NCBI GenBank assembly: GCA_963832165.1
Contig: CAWHTE010000001.1
Location: forward strand, 352,001-416,000
Source: an uncultured delta proteobacterium
GTDB taxonomy: Bacteria > Myxococcota_A > UBA9160 > SMWR01
Direction of reading: 5' to 3'
Length of the DNA stretch: 64,000 bases
Shown: in pieces, positions 9,549-19,287 of the stretch
How the letters are laid out: each line of letters opens with the position of its first letter
Position numbering within the stretch: position 1 is the first letter of the stretch
The notes under the pieces: model-generated
Seen by the model: the letters and a program-made list of their open reading frames with translations, nothing else
The model's database searches: none
Told to the model about the DNA's origin: nothing
Position numbers and translations under genes: made by a program

Positions 9549-11333
9549 CTAAGGCCCGAACTGCTCCGCGAGGATGCGATCCGCGGCGCGCCACGCGAGC
9601 GCCTGCACCGTGAGCGTGGGGTTGTAGCCGCCCGAAGTGGGGAACACCGACGCGTCGGTCACGTAGAGGTTCGGGATGCCCCAGAAGCGCTGCGACGAGT
9701 CGAGCACGCTCGTGTCCTCGTCGCTGCCCATGCGCATGGTCCCCATCTGGTGATTCACGAGCCCGCCGATCGGGTCGGGCACGAAGCGACCCTTCCAGCG
9801 CTGGTGCGCGCCTTCGGCCAGGATCTGCGGAATTCCCGTGGTCGCGCCGAACGGCAGCACCGTATGCGTCGAGACCGCGCCCATCCCGACGAGGATCGCC
9901 TCGAGGATGGGCAGCGTCGCTGCTGCGACGACCTGATCGTTCGGGTGGTGCAGATAGGTGATCCGCGCCACCGGGAAGCCGTACACGTCCTTCACGAACG
10001 GGTCGAGGTCGACGCGGTTCGCTGCAACGGGCGGGTCGTCGCCGATCATGCCGATGAACTGCACGTGTCCGAACACGCGCCGCATGAGCTCCTTGTGCCC
10101 GAGCCCCCAGCCGAGCGACTTCGCCGTCGAGATGATGCCGCCCGCCATCAGGCCGTAGCCGCTCGAGGGGCCGATCGTCTGGATGTTGCCGAAGCCGAAC
10201 GCAGGCGCCCCCGGGAGGCCCATGTAGAAGTCATCGATGCAGCGCATGCTCCAGTAGCCGCGGTAGTAGTCGACGCGGTGATCGAAGAAGCCGATCCCAC
10301 CCGGGAAGTGGTGCACCATCAGGTGGCGGCCGACCTGATCGTTGTTCACGAGATCGTCCGGCAGCTGCGAGAGCTGCACGAGGCGCGGCGTATCGACCGT
10401 CGAGCACGCGAGCACGATCACCTTCGCCGTGAGCGCGCGCACGTAGCCGTTGTTGTCGAGGAACAGTACGCGCGACGCCCTTCCGTTCGCGAGCTCGACG
10501 CGGAACACGTAGGCGTCTGGGATCGGGTACAAGCGCCCGGTCCGTTCCGCGAGCGCGAGCGCGCTCACGTTGAGATCGCCCTTGGCGCCGATCGGACACG
10601 CGTGCGACGAGCAGAATCCGCAGTAGGTGCAGCCGTTGCGCACGAGCGGCTGTCCCGGGTCCGGCAGGAGCTCCGGATCGTTGAGCGTGTACGTGCCGTT
10701 GTTGATGGCAACGGGCGTCGGGAACGGGTGGAAGCCGAGCGCAGTGGCCGACTGCTCGAACAGCGACGCGCCGTAGTTCGGCGGGTGTCCCGGCATCGGA
10801 TAGGCGTCGCCGTTGCCGCGCCACTCGCTCGGGAGTGGCGTGCCCGTCGCCAGATCGCCGCCGGCGACGCCGATCAGCTTCTCCACCTTGCGGTAGTACG
10901 ACCAGATCGACTGCGGGTTCGCCGGATCGAGCTCGACCGCGTCGAGCGGCCAGTCGACGATGTCGGCGCCGGGCAGATCTCCCCACGTGGAGCGCGCGCG
11001 GAAATCCGCTTCGCGGAATCGGAACGACGCCGCGCCGTAGTGCACGCTGCCGCCGCCCCACGAGCGGTTCACGGGCAGCACGCGACCCACGAACTGATGC
11101 TCGTTGCCGATCTCGAGGTTGCGGAACGTGCGCGGCTCAATCAGGTCGTCCTGGTCGATGAAGCGCCGCTCGCCGAAGCGCAGCTCGTCGTCGCCTGCGT
11201 TGTATCCGTCCTGCTTCGGACCCTTCTCGAGCACCGCGACGCGCAGGCCGGCCATCGTGAGCACGTAGGCGGCGATCCCGCCGCCCGCGCCCGAGCCGAC
11301 GATCACGACGTCGAGGTTCTGGGGCAGCCTCAC
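9549..11333 (-). CDS. GMC-family FAD oxidoreductase, large subunit (gluconate 2-dehydrogenase-like)
   Basis: DVVIVGSGAGG, GGGSVHY, Cys cluster CTYCGFCSSHACPIGAK, HQMGTMRMG, DASVFPTSGGYNPTLT. GTG 11333 overlaps the upstream stop. Confidence 0.9.
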   Translation of the reverse strand: MRLPQNLDVVIVGSGAGGGIAAYVLTMAGLRVAVLEKGPKQDGYNAGDDELRFGERRFIDQDDLIEPRTFRNLEIGNEHQFVGRVLPVNRSWGGGSVHYGAASFRFREADFRARSTWGDLPGADIVDWPLDAVELDPANPQSIWSYYRKVEKLIGVAGGDLATGTPLPSEWRGNGDAYPMPGHPPNYGASLFEQSATALGFHPFPTPVAINNGTYTLNDPELLPDPGQPLVRNGCTYCGFCSSHACPIGAKGDLNVSALALAERTGRLYPIPDAYVFRVELANGRASRVLFLDNNGYVRALTAKVIVLACSTVDTPRLVQLSQLPDDLVNNDQVGRHLMVHHFPGGIGFFDHRVDYYRGYWSMRCIDDFYMGLPGAPAFGFGNIQTIGPSSGYGLMAGGIISTAKSLGWGLGHKELMRRVFGHVQFIGMIGDDPPVAANRVDLDPFVKDVYGFPVARITYLHHPNDQVVAAATLPILEAILVGMGAVSTHTVLPFGATTGIPQILAEGAHQRWKGRFVPDPIGGLVNHQMGTMRMGSDEDTSVLDSSQRFWGIPNLYVTDASVFPTSGGYNPTLTVQALAWRAADRILAEQFGP

Positions 11334-12082
11334 GTCTTCTCCGGGCCCTGACCGGGACAGGTGCCGGGCTGGATCATCTCCTCGGGCGCATAACCTCCGA
11401 AGTCGTTCCAGGCCCCGTCGCTCACCGTGCCGGGCGGATTCAGCTGCTCGGGAAAGCGCACGCCGTGGACGTCGCCCTGGTAGCAGAAGGTGTCCCACGC
11501 GAGATAGTTCAGGTTGCCGCCGTACACCGGGTGCGCGTACACGCCCTCCATCGTGTGCTCGAAGAGCGCATCGAAGAACGGGTGATTCAGCAGATCGAGC
11601 GCGAGCAGGATCGCCTCCTGCGCGACGGTGGGAGCGTTCGCGAATGCACCCGGGCCGCCCGCGCGCTCGTCGAGCAGCGCGAGCCCCTCGCGGTAGACCC
11701 CGCGCAGGCGCGCGACCTCTTTGCCCCAGCCGATCCGCTTCACGCGCGAGAGCGGCTGGAAGTTCGAGAACTGTGCGCGGTACGGTCCACCCGCGTAGAT
11801 ATCGGGTTCGACAGGCTGTCCGGCGTCATCGAAGCTGCGCAGCAGCTTGTCGATGTAGAGATGCGCGCCCGCGTCCGCGCCCGACCAGTCGCCCGCGCCC
11901 TCGGCGGGAACGATCTGCGCGACGGCCGCTTGCAATGTCACCATCTCGTCGGCGGTGAAGAACGGCGGCGCGGTCGTCTGTGCGCACTCGGCTCCCACGA
12001 GCGGCAGCGAACCTGCCACGAGCCCCGCCGCGCCGAGGTGCGCCGATCCGACCAGGAACTCGCGCCGACTGCGCTGCTTCAC
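11330..12082 (-). CDS. Gluconate 2-dehydrogenase subunit-3 family protein with Tat signal
   Basis: SRREFL twin-arginine signal, GAHLYID, FFDALFEHTMEGVYAHPVYGGN. Coupled to the GMC gene. Confidence 0.85.
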   Translation of the reverse strand: MKQRSRREFLVGSAHLGAAGLVAGSLPLVGAECAQTTAPPFFTADEMVTLQAAVAQIVPAEGAGDWSGADAGAHLYIDKLLRSFDDAGQPVEPDIYAGGPYRAQFSNFQPLSRVKRIGWGKEVARLRGVYREGLALLDERAGGPGAFANAPTVAQEAILLALDLLNHPFFDALFEHTMEGVYAHPVYGGNLNYLAWDTFCYQGDVHGVRFPEQLNPPGTVSDGAWNDFGGYAPEEMIQPGTCPGQGPEKT

Positions 12083-12978
12083 TGCTCGCACCTCACGAAC
12101 AGGATCCCGCACTCCGCCTTGCGGTGATCGGGATCGACCGGCGAGGACAGCTCGGGAGCCGGATCGTCGAGCAGGCCGTTGCCGCACTCACTCTGATAAC
12201 CGATCTGCTCGGCGTGATCGCTCCAATATCCGCCGAAGCTCTCGACGCCGTTCACACGCGCGCACGCGCGTGGACCGCGCGCATCGAAGCAGAGGAAGAA
12301 GCGCTCGGTCCACGTGAGCAGCGGGATCGGCACGGGGACGAGCGAGCCCGGCAGGATCAGCCCGGGTCCGATCCACTGGTCCACCTGCCAGAAGCGGCCC
12401 GAGGGATTGGTGAACAGAAGGCGCTCGAAGCGCTCCGGCTCACCGGCGAGGAAGCGCACCGTCTGCTCGAGCGAGGTGAGCGTGGCGGTACCGCTCGTGT
12501 CTCCGGTGGTGAGGTCGGTCAGCATCGCTTGGGTGAGGGTGAGGTAGTCCTTCTCCTCGAGCGCACCGCTCGTGTCCGTCTGCAGGTGCGTGTACTCCCA
12601 ATGCCCGTGACCGAGTTGGAGGATGAACTGCGCGCGGTCCGTCTTCTCCTGGTAGACCACGAGCTGGCAGTCGGGGTACACGCCGTTCGGGTGCACGCCC
12701 TTGGCGGCGTCCCACGCCACGGTCGGAGTGCACCCCGCATCGTCACAGGTGCCGTTCTGATTCGCGTCGCCCGTGAAGTCGCACAAGCCGTCGTGGTTCT
12801 CGTCGACGTAGTGCGTGTAATCGTCCGGCTCGTCGCCGTCGTAGCCCTGGCTCTGGAACAGCGGGATCGCGGGGTACGACGGACACTGAGCGCGTGACGC
12901 GACCGGCAGCAGCGCGCATGCGGCGGCGGCGCAGGTCGCGGCGATTTGAGCGAATCGCGAGGTCGCGCTCTCGGTCAC
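12079..12978 (-). CDS. Secreted Cys/Asp-rich hypothetical protein
   Basis: Signal-like N-terminus ending ASRA-Q. Dx[DN]xDG-like loops DENHDGLCD and DANQNGTCD. Its stop overlaps the next start (GTGA). Confidence 0.7.
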   Translation of the reverse strand: MTESATSRFAQIAATCAAAACALLPVASRAQCPSYPAIPLFQSQGYDGDEPDDYTHYVDENHDGLCDFTGDANQNGTCDDAGCTPTVAWDAAKGVHPNGVYPDCQLVVYQEKTDRAQFILQLGHGHWEYTHLQTDTSGALEEKDYLTLTQAMLTDLTTGDTSGTATLTSLEQTVRFLAGEPERFERLLFTNPSGRFWQVDQWIGPGLILPGSLVPVPIPLLTWTERFFLCFDARGPRACARVNGVESFGGYWSDHAEQIGYQSECGNGLLDDPAPELSSPVDPDHRKAECGILFVRCEQ

Positions 12979-13005
12979 GTCGGGCTCCCTCCCACGCGCT
13001 CGTTA

Positions 13006-13020
13006 TGGCACGCTCGGCGC
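13006..13020 (+). promoter_or_regulatory. Possible sigma-54 -24/-12 element upstream of the ADH operon
   Basis: TGGCACG followed by correctly spaced GC (GG-N10-GC), but the -12 element reads GCGC rather than TTGC. Confidence 0.25.
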
Positions 13021-13113
13021 GCACCGGTCAAGGAACCGAGCGCAAAGAGTCGTAAGCCCTTCGAATCAACTCGGACGCGCGCTACACATCTCCCGTTAGA
13101 GGATGGAGCGGTC

Positions 13114-14211
13114 ATGCCCCCCGCCAAGACGCTCGCGATGGTCCAGACCGGCGTGCGCGTGCTCGAGCCGCGCGACCTGCCGATCCCCGAGATCGACGAC
13201 GAGTCTGCGCTGCTGCGCGTCGAGGCGTGCGGGATCTGCGGCAGCGACTACGAGCAGTACGAGGGCAAGCTGCGCACGCCGATGCCCGTGATCCCGGGCC
13301 ACGAGCCGCTCGGCGTGATCGAGAAGATCGGCGACGCGGCCGCGCGCCGCTGGCATGTCGACGTAGGCGACCGCGTCGCGGTCGAGACGATGCTCTCGTG
13401 CCGCTTCTGCACCGAATGCCTCGGCGGTCGCTACCACCTGTGCCGCGAGCGCCGCATCTACTCCTACATCCCGCTCTCCGACGCGCCCGGACTCTGGGGT
13501 GCCTATTCGCAGTACATGTTCGTGCACCGCAACTCGGTGGTGCACAAGATCGATCCGTCGCTCGCGCCGAGCACGGCCGTGATGTTCAACCCGCTCGGCG
13601 CGGGTTTCCGCTGGGCAGTCGAGATGCCGCGCACGGGTCCCGGCGACACGGTGCTCATCCTGGGCCCGGGTCAGCGCGGCCTCGCGAGCGTGATCGCGTG
13701 TCGCGAGGCGGGTGCCGACCAGATCCTCGTGACGGGTCTCGCCGCCGATGCGCGCAAGCTCGCGCTCGCGCGCGAATTCGGTGCGCACCACACGATCGAC
13801 GTCGATAACGAGAACGCGGTGGCGCGCGTGCGAGAGCTCACCGACGGGCAGGGCGCCCACGTGGTCGTCGACGTGTCCTCCTACTCGACCGCGCCCGTGG
13901 CGCAGGCGCTCGACTTCGTACGCCCGGGCGGGCGCGTGATCCTCGCGGGTGTAAAGGGCTTCAAGGCGATCCCCGACTTCATCTCGGACAAGATCGTCAT
14001 GAAGGAGATCTCGCTGCAGGGCGCGATCGGCGTCACCTCGAGCGGCTACCGCAGCGCGATCCGGCTGCTCGAGTCGCGCCGCTACCCCGTGGAGAAGATG
14101 CACACCCACGACTTCGCGCTGCGCGACGCGGAGCTCGCGATCCGGACGCTCGCGCGCGAGATTCCGGGCGACGAGTCGATCCACTCGTGCCTGCTGCCCG
14201 AGAAAGGTTGA
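13114..14211 (+). CDS. Zinc-dependent alcohol dehydrogenase (MDR family)
   Basis: CGICGSD, GHE, structural Zn motif CRFCTECLGGRYHLC, GPGQRG. GGAG RBS before ATG 13114. Confidence 0.9.
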   Translation: MPPAKTLAMVQTGVRVLEPRDLPIPEIDDESALLRVEACGICGSDYEQYEGKLRTPMPVIPGHEPLGVIEKIGDAAARRWHVDVGDRVAVETMLSCRFCTECLGGRYHLCRERRIYSYIPLSDAPGLWGAYSQYMFVHRNSVVHKIDPSLAPSTAVMFNPLGAGFRWAVEMPRTGPGDTVLILGPGQRGLASVIACREAGADQILVTGLAADARKLALAREFGAHHTIDVDNENAVARVRELTDGQGAHVVVDVSSYSTAPVAQALDFVRPGGRVILAGVKGFKAIPDFISDKIVMKEISLQGAIGVTSSGYRSAIRLLESRRYPVEKMHTHDFALRDAELAIRTLAREIPGDESIHSCLLPEKG

Positions 14212-14218
14212 GGCGCGC

Positions 14219-15070
14219 GTGGCGGATTTCGTCGCGGAGTGGATTGCGAAGTCGGGCTACACGGCTGCACTCGGTGTGGTGCTCGAGAGCGTCGACGGCG
14301 AGACGGCGCTCTTGCGACTGCCGTTCGGCGAGCAGAACTGCAATCCGGGCAAGGCGCTGCACGGCGGCTGCGCGGCTTCGCTCGCGGTGACGGGCGCACA
14401 CGCGGTTGCGCGCGCGGCGTTCGGCGCGGAGTCGGGCCCGTGGCACACCGCCGCGCTCCAGGTGAACTATCTCGCGGCAGCGATCGGCGAGGATGTCCAT
14501 GCCCGCGCGACGATGCTGCGGCGCGGCAAGGAGATGTGCTTCGTCGAGGTGGACGTGTCGCGCGAAGACGGCAAGCCGATCGCACACGCCACCGCGGCCG
14601 TGCGCGCGCGCTTCGGCGCGGATCCGGCCGGCGTCTACACCTCCGTGGGCGATCACGGCCACAGCGATCCCGGCCCGATGGGCCCCCACATCGGCAAGAT
14701 GCCGTTCACGGCCGCGCGCGGTCTCGTCGTAGAGCACATGACGGGCGGCACCTCGCGGATCGCCATGTCTGCGCGCGATGCAAACGGCGATGCTTCGGGC
14801 GGTACGCACGAGGGCGCCGTGCTCGCGCTGCTCGACACGACGGGCGCGATGGCGGCCTGGGCCACCACGGGTCCGGGGCCGTACAAGGCGTCGACGCCCG
14901 CGCTCCAGGCGCAGATCCTCTCGCCGCCCGAAGGCGGCGACCTGATCGCCTACGGCCGCTGCGTGCAGCGCGACAGCGAGCTGCTCTGGAGCGAGGTCGA
15001 GGTGGCGAGCGCCGCCGACCGGCGCGTGTTCGCGCGCGGGACGGTGATCTACCGGATCGTGACGAGCTAG
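14219..15070 (+). CDS. Tandem double hot-dog PaaI-family thioesterase
   Basis: Two repeats: NPGKALHGG...LQVNYL and GGTHEGAVLALLDT...LQAQIL. Confidence 0.82.
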   Translation: MADFVAEWIAKSGYTAALGVVLESVDGETALLRLPFGEQNCNPGKALHGGCAASLAVTGAHAVARAAFGAESGPWHTAALQVNYLAAAIGEDVHARATMLRRGKEMCFVEVDVSREDGKPIAHATAAVRARFGADPAGVYTSVGDHGHSDPGPMGPHIGKMPFTAARGLVVEHMTGGTSRIAMSARDANGDASGGTHEGAVLALLDTTGAMAAWATTGPGPYKASTPALQAQILSPPEGGDLIAYGRCVQRDSELLWSEVEVASAADRRVFARGTVIYRIVTS

Positions 15071-15080
15071 GAGGTCGAGC

Positions 15081-16313
15081 ATGGATCGGGCTCGCCTCGA
15101 AGCGATCATCCGCCGCCCCGAGGAGGAGAGCGCGCGCGACGCGTTCCCGAGCGACTTCCCGCATCCGATCGACGTGCCGGCCGCGCGCTATGCCGATCCC
15201 GACTTCGCCGCGCTCGAACGCGCGCACATCTTCGAGCAGTGCTGGCTGTTCGCAGCGCACGCGGATCAGATCCCGAGCGCGGGCGACTACCTGATGCTCG
15301 ACGCGCTCGATCGGATCGGCCACCCGCTCTTTCTCGTGCGCGGCGAAGACGGCGAGGTCCGCGCGTTCTACAACAGCTGCCGGCATCGCGGCGGCCCGCT
15401 CGTGAACGAGCCGACCGGCAGCACGGGGAAGCGGCTCGTCTGCAGATACCACTCGTGGACCTACGACCTCGAGGGCCGGCTCGTCGGATACCCCGAGGCG
15501 AAGAACTTTCCGCGCGGCGCGCACTCGGATTGTCCCGCGCTCGCGCAGGTCCCGTGCGAGACCTGGGGATCGCTCGTGTTCGTGAAGCTCTCGGCAGGCG
15601 GCCCGAGCTTGCGCGAGTATCTCGAACCCGTCGCGTCCGAGCTCGACTCGCTGCTCGGCGATCAGGCGCGTGGCGTCCATTTCGTCGGGTCGAAGCAGCT
15701 CGAGGTTGCGTGCAACTGGAAGGCGCCCGGCGACGGAAACATCGAGACCTATCACGTCCCGTTCGTGCACCGGAACTCCGCGGCGCCCGCGCTCGACGAG
15801 AAGCGCACCGGACAGTGGCTGTTGCCGCGCGGCCATTCACGGATGCTGATCCGCTTCCGCAAGGAGCTTCCCGCGGAGCTCGCGCTGCCGCGCTTCTCGG
15901 GTGATACGGCGCTGGCCGAGCTCGGAATCTACTCGTTCCACGTCTTTCCGAACCTGAGCATCGTGCTCGGCGGGCCGAGCTTTGCGTTCCTGATCACGAC
16001 CTTTCCGGACGGCGTCGGCCGCTGCACCTACTACGCGCATTTCCTTTCGCCACTGCCGCGCACGGACGAGACGAGCGCGACGATCGACGCCGTGATCGAG
16101 GGCAACTGGTGCGTGCTGCTCGAGGACCTCGCGAGCCAGACCGCCGCCCAGAAGTCGATGCAGTGCGGCGCGCTCGACGTGTTGAGGCTGCAGTACCAGG
16201 AACGACGCATCCGCTACGTGCACGAGGAGATCGACCGCTGGATCGGTCCGGAGCGGATCCCCGAGCGGCTGCGCGTTCCGGCGATGCTCGACGCGTACGT
16301 CGAGAAGGAATGA
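15081..16313 (+). CDS. Rieske non-heme iron oxygenase, alpha subunit
   Basis: Rieske motif CRHRG...CRYHSW, mononuclear Fe ligands ETYHVPFVH and ED. GGAGG RBS. Confidence 0.92.
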   Translation: MDRARLEAIIRRPEEESARDAFPSDFPHPIDVPAARYADPDFAALERAHIFEQCWLFAAHADQIPSAGDYLMLDALDRIGHPLFLVRGEDGEVRAFYNSCRHRGGPLVNEPTGSTGKRLVCRYHSWTYDLEGRLVGYPEAKNFPRGAHSDCPALAQVPCETWGSLVFVKLSAGGPSLREYLEPVASELDSLLGDQARGVHFVGSKQLEVACNWKAPGDGNIETYHVPFVHRNSAAPALDEKRTGQWLLPRGHSRMLIRFRKELPAELALPRFSGDTALAELGIYSFHVFPNLSIVLGGPSFAFLITTFPDGVGRCTYYAHFLSPLPRTDETSATIDAVIEGNWCVLLEDLASQTAAQKSMQCGALDVLRLQYQERRIRYVHEEIDRWIGPERIPERLRVPAMLDAYVEKE

Positions 16314-17125
16314 CGATGGAGCCGTTCGTCGCGCTGATGCGCCGCTACTGCATCGACTACACGAACAGCCACGACCAGAGCGTGTGCGACGAGATCATGG
16401 AGCCCGAGTACGTCGTGCACATCTCGGGCTTCGATCTGCCGCGCGATGCTGCCTACAAGCCCGCCGTGAAGAGCGTGTTCGCGCGCTTTCCGGGCCTCCA
16501 GCTCCAGGTTCATGAGCTCGTCACCAACGGGGATCGGCTCGCGATGCGGTTCTCGGAGCACGGTGCGGCGGTCGACGCGGGCGGGCGTCTGGCGGCGTGG
16601 GGCGGCATCGGGCTCTATCGCTGGAACGGGCGCCGGCTGCTCGAGAACTTCGTCGAGCAGGACTTCATGGCGCAGGAGGAGCAGCTCGCGACGGGGCAGA
16701 GCGCGCCGCTCGAGCCCGCGCACCTCGATCCGTGGCTCGCCACGCGAGCCGAGCCCGTGAACGCGGAGGCCGAGGCGATCGTGCGCGCGTGGCTTGCCAA
16801 GGGCGACCTGCGCGACGCCGCGAGCGCCGTGATCGACGGGTCGTGGTACGCGGGAATCGCGCCGTCGCCGGTCGACGTGCAGCAGGTCGACATCGACGAT
16901 CTGTTCTCGGCCGGATCGCGCGTCGCGTTTCACGTGCGTCAGGCCGGTCGCTACCGCGGAGGCCTCGCCGGAGTCGGTCCCTCGTTCGCGGGCCGCGATG
17001 CGACGCTGCGCTGTGTCGGCCTCGCGCGCGTCGAAGCGGGCGAGGTCGTGGAGGTGCGCGTGATCACCGACCGCCTCGGAGCGCGCAGCGAGCTCACGCG
17101 AGGCGCGCCGCAGGGGCGCCCATGA
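16310..17125 (+). CDS. SnoaL-like/ester cyclase protein with two NTF2-like repeats
   Basis: FPGLQLQVHELVTNGDRLAMRF and IDDLFSAGSRVAFHV...G repeats. ATGA overlaps at both ends. Confidence 0.75.
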   Translation: MTMEPFVALMRRYCIDYTNSHDQSVCDEIMEPEYVVHISGFDLPRDAAYKPAVKSVFARFPGLQLQVHELVTNGDRLAMRFSEHGAAVDAGGRLAAWGGIGLYRWNGRRLLENFVEQDFMAQEEQLATGQSAPLEPAHLDPWLATRAEPVNAEAEAIVRAWLAKGDLRDAASAVIDGSWYAGIAPSPVDVQQVDIDDLFSAGSRVAFHVRQAGRYRGGLAGVGPSFAGRDATLRCVGLARVEAGEVVEVRVITDRLGARSELTRGAPQGRP

Positions 17126-18297
17126 GCATCGACTACGACCCGTTCGAGCTAGCGTTCCGGATCGACCCGTATCCGCACTACGCGCGGCTGCGCCGGGAGA
17201 GCCCCGTGTACTGGGCCGAGCGCTCCAAGACCTGGGTGATCTCGCGACACGACGACGTGAGTCGCGTGTTGAAGGATCCCGAGATGTTCTCTTCGGACGC
17301 GATGGCGACGGTGCTGCTCGGCACCACGGCGCCGGGCAACCTCGTCACCCACGATCCGCCCACGCACACGCGCCTGCGCCGGATCGTGAATCGCGCGTTC
17401 ACACCGCGCCGCGTGGAGTCGTGGCGCCCGATCGTCGAAGCGCTCGTCGACGAGGCCGTCGCCGCGATGGCCGCGGCGGGGCGCTTCGACGTGATCCGCG
17501 ACCTCGCGGTTCCGGTTCCCGTGACCGTGATCGCGGAGGTGCTCGGCATCGGAGCCGAGCGGCGCACCGACTTCAAACGCTGGGCCGACGTGATCACGTC
17601 CGGCATGACCGGATCGAAGCGACACCTCGGCATGGTCGGAAGCGGCGCCGCCGCGGCCGGGATCGAGCTCGTGCAGTACATCAGCGGCGTCGTCGCGCGG
17701 CGCGCCGGGAATCCCGGCGACGACGTTCTCTCCGAGCTGATCCGCGCCCAGGATGGGGAAGCCCTGCGCCCCGAGGAGCTGCTGGGATTCGCCGGCGTGC
17801 TGACCTTCGCCGGCACCGAGACCACCACGAACCTGATCGGCAACGCGGTCCGCGTGCTGATCGATCGCCCCGACGTTCGCAAACGCGTCGCGGACGACCC
17901 GATGCTGGTCACCGCGCTGCTGGAAGAGACGCTGCGCTGGGACAGTCCCGTGCAGTACCTGTTCCGCCGCGCGGCCGAGGACGTCGCGATCGCGGGCGGC
18001 CGAATCCCCCGCGACGGCATCGTGACGGTGCTGCTCGGCTCCGCCAATCGCGACGAAGCGCATTGGGGACCTCGTGCGGCCGAGTTCGACCTCGACCGGG
18101 ACACGAGTGCTCACCTGGGCTTCGGCGTCGGCGTGCACTTCTGCCTCGGTGCCGCACTCGCGCGCATGGAAGCCGAGTGCGCAGTGACGCGCCTGCTGCC
18201 GCTGCTCGAAAAGTCGCGGTCGACGGGCGGTGAGGTGGCTCCGATCGACTCGGTGCAGTTCCGCGGCGTTCGAAGTCTCGAGTTCGAGCTCGCCTGA
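17122..18297 (+). CDS. Cytochrome P450
   Basis: DPPTHTRLR, AGTETT, EETLR, SANRD, heme motif FGVGVHFCLG. Confidence 0.95.
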   Translation: MSIDYDPFELAFRIDPYPHYARLRRESPVYWAERSKTWVISRHDDVSRVLKDPEMFSSDAMATVLLGTTAPGNLVTHDPPTHTRLRRIVNRAFTPRRVESWRPIVEALVDEAVAAMAAAGRFDVIRDLAVPVPVTVIAEVLGIGAERRTDFKRWADVITSGMTGSKRHLGMVGSGAAAAGIELVQYISGVVARRAGNPGDDVLSELIRAQDGEALRPEELLGFAGVLTFAGTETTTNLIGNAVRVLIDRPDVRKRVADDPMLVTALLEETLRWDSPVQYLFRRAAEDVAIAGGRIPRDGIVTVLLGSANRDEAHWGPRAAEFDLDRDTSAHLGFGVGVHFCLGAALARMEAECAVTRLLPLLEKSRSTGGEVAPIDSVQFRGVRSLEFELA

Positions 18298-18313
18298 CGG
18301 CGAATCCCGGATC

Positions 18314-19147
18314 TCAAGTCGTCGCGAGCCGCGTCAAGAGCGCATCGAGATCGCGCTCGACCACGGGGTCCTGACCACCGCTCGCGAGGAACGCGGCCAT
18401 GCGCGAGCGCGCTTCGGGGTGCGCGAGCGTGCGGTTGAACAGATGGGCCTCTTCGAGCAGGCCCTCGCGCACCGTGGTGTCGGCCGAGTCGACCGCGCGC
18501 TTGGCGAGCGCGATGGCCTCGCGCGGGAACGACGCGATGCGCCGCGCGAGCGCGGTGACGAACGGGCGCAGCTCGTCGGCGGGAAGCGCGCGGTTGATCC
18601 AGCCGTAGCGCGCGGCGAGCTCGGCATCGAAGTCCTCGCAGCCCAGAACCGCCTCGAGCGCGCGCCCGCGGCCTAGCAGGCGCGGCAGCCGCTGCGTACC
18701 GCTGCCGCCCGGCAGGATTCCGAGAGCGACCTCGGGTTGCGAGAGCACGCAGCGCCCGATCGCGCCGAAGCGCATGTCGAGCGAGAGCAGGAACTCGCTG
18801 CCGCCGCCGCGCGCGCGCCCCTCGATCGCGCCGATCGTCGCGCACGGCAGCGTGCGGTAGCGCTCGACGATCTGGTGGAAGAACGAGAGCTCGTCCGATT
18901 TCGGGGGCACCGCGGTCGGCAAGCGCTGGATCAGCGCCACGTCCGCGTGCGCGATGAAGTAGTCGGGATTCGCGCTCCAGAACACCGCCGCGCGCGTCTC
19001 GGTATCGGCCTCGAGCTCGCGCCCGAGCCGTTCGAGATCCGTCATGAGCGCGAGGTCGAGCAGATTCATGGGCGGGTGGTCGAGCGTCACCGTGGTGACG
19101 CCGCGCTCCCGGGCGATCGCGAGGGTCGTGTAATCCGAGCCGTTCAC
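18314..19147 (-). CDS. Enoyl-CoA hydratase/isomerase family protein
   Basis: FIAHAD, GRARGGGSE, QPEVALGILPGGSGTQRLPRL. Confidence 0.9.
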   Translation of the reverse strand: MNGSDYTTLAIARERGVTTVTLDHPPMNLLDLALMTDLERLGRELEADTETRAAVFWSANPDYFIAHADVALIQRLPTAVPPKSDELSFFHQIVERYRTLPCATIGAIEGRARGGGSEFLLSLDMRFGAIGRCVLSQPEVALGILPGGSGTQRLPRLLGRGRALEAVLGCEDFDAELAARYGWINRALPADELRPFVTALARRIASFPREAIALAKRAVDSADTTVREGLLEEAHLFNRTLAHPEARSRMAAFLASGGQDPVVERDLDALLTRLATT

Positions 19148-19287
19148 GGCTCCGTTCTATCACCGGAGGGGCCCTCGGGGCCACCGGAAGCGCAGCCGGG
19201 TCCCGGCAGGGGCCTTTCCGCTACGAGTTGGGAGCCCATCCTGCTTCCCGGTTTCAGAGGATCTGCCGACCGGCCGATGAGCCCGGC

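Noticed and set aside
12079..12978. Cytochrome c subunit of the GMC dehydrogenase
   Set aside because: The protein has no CxxCH heme-attachment motif.
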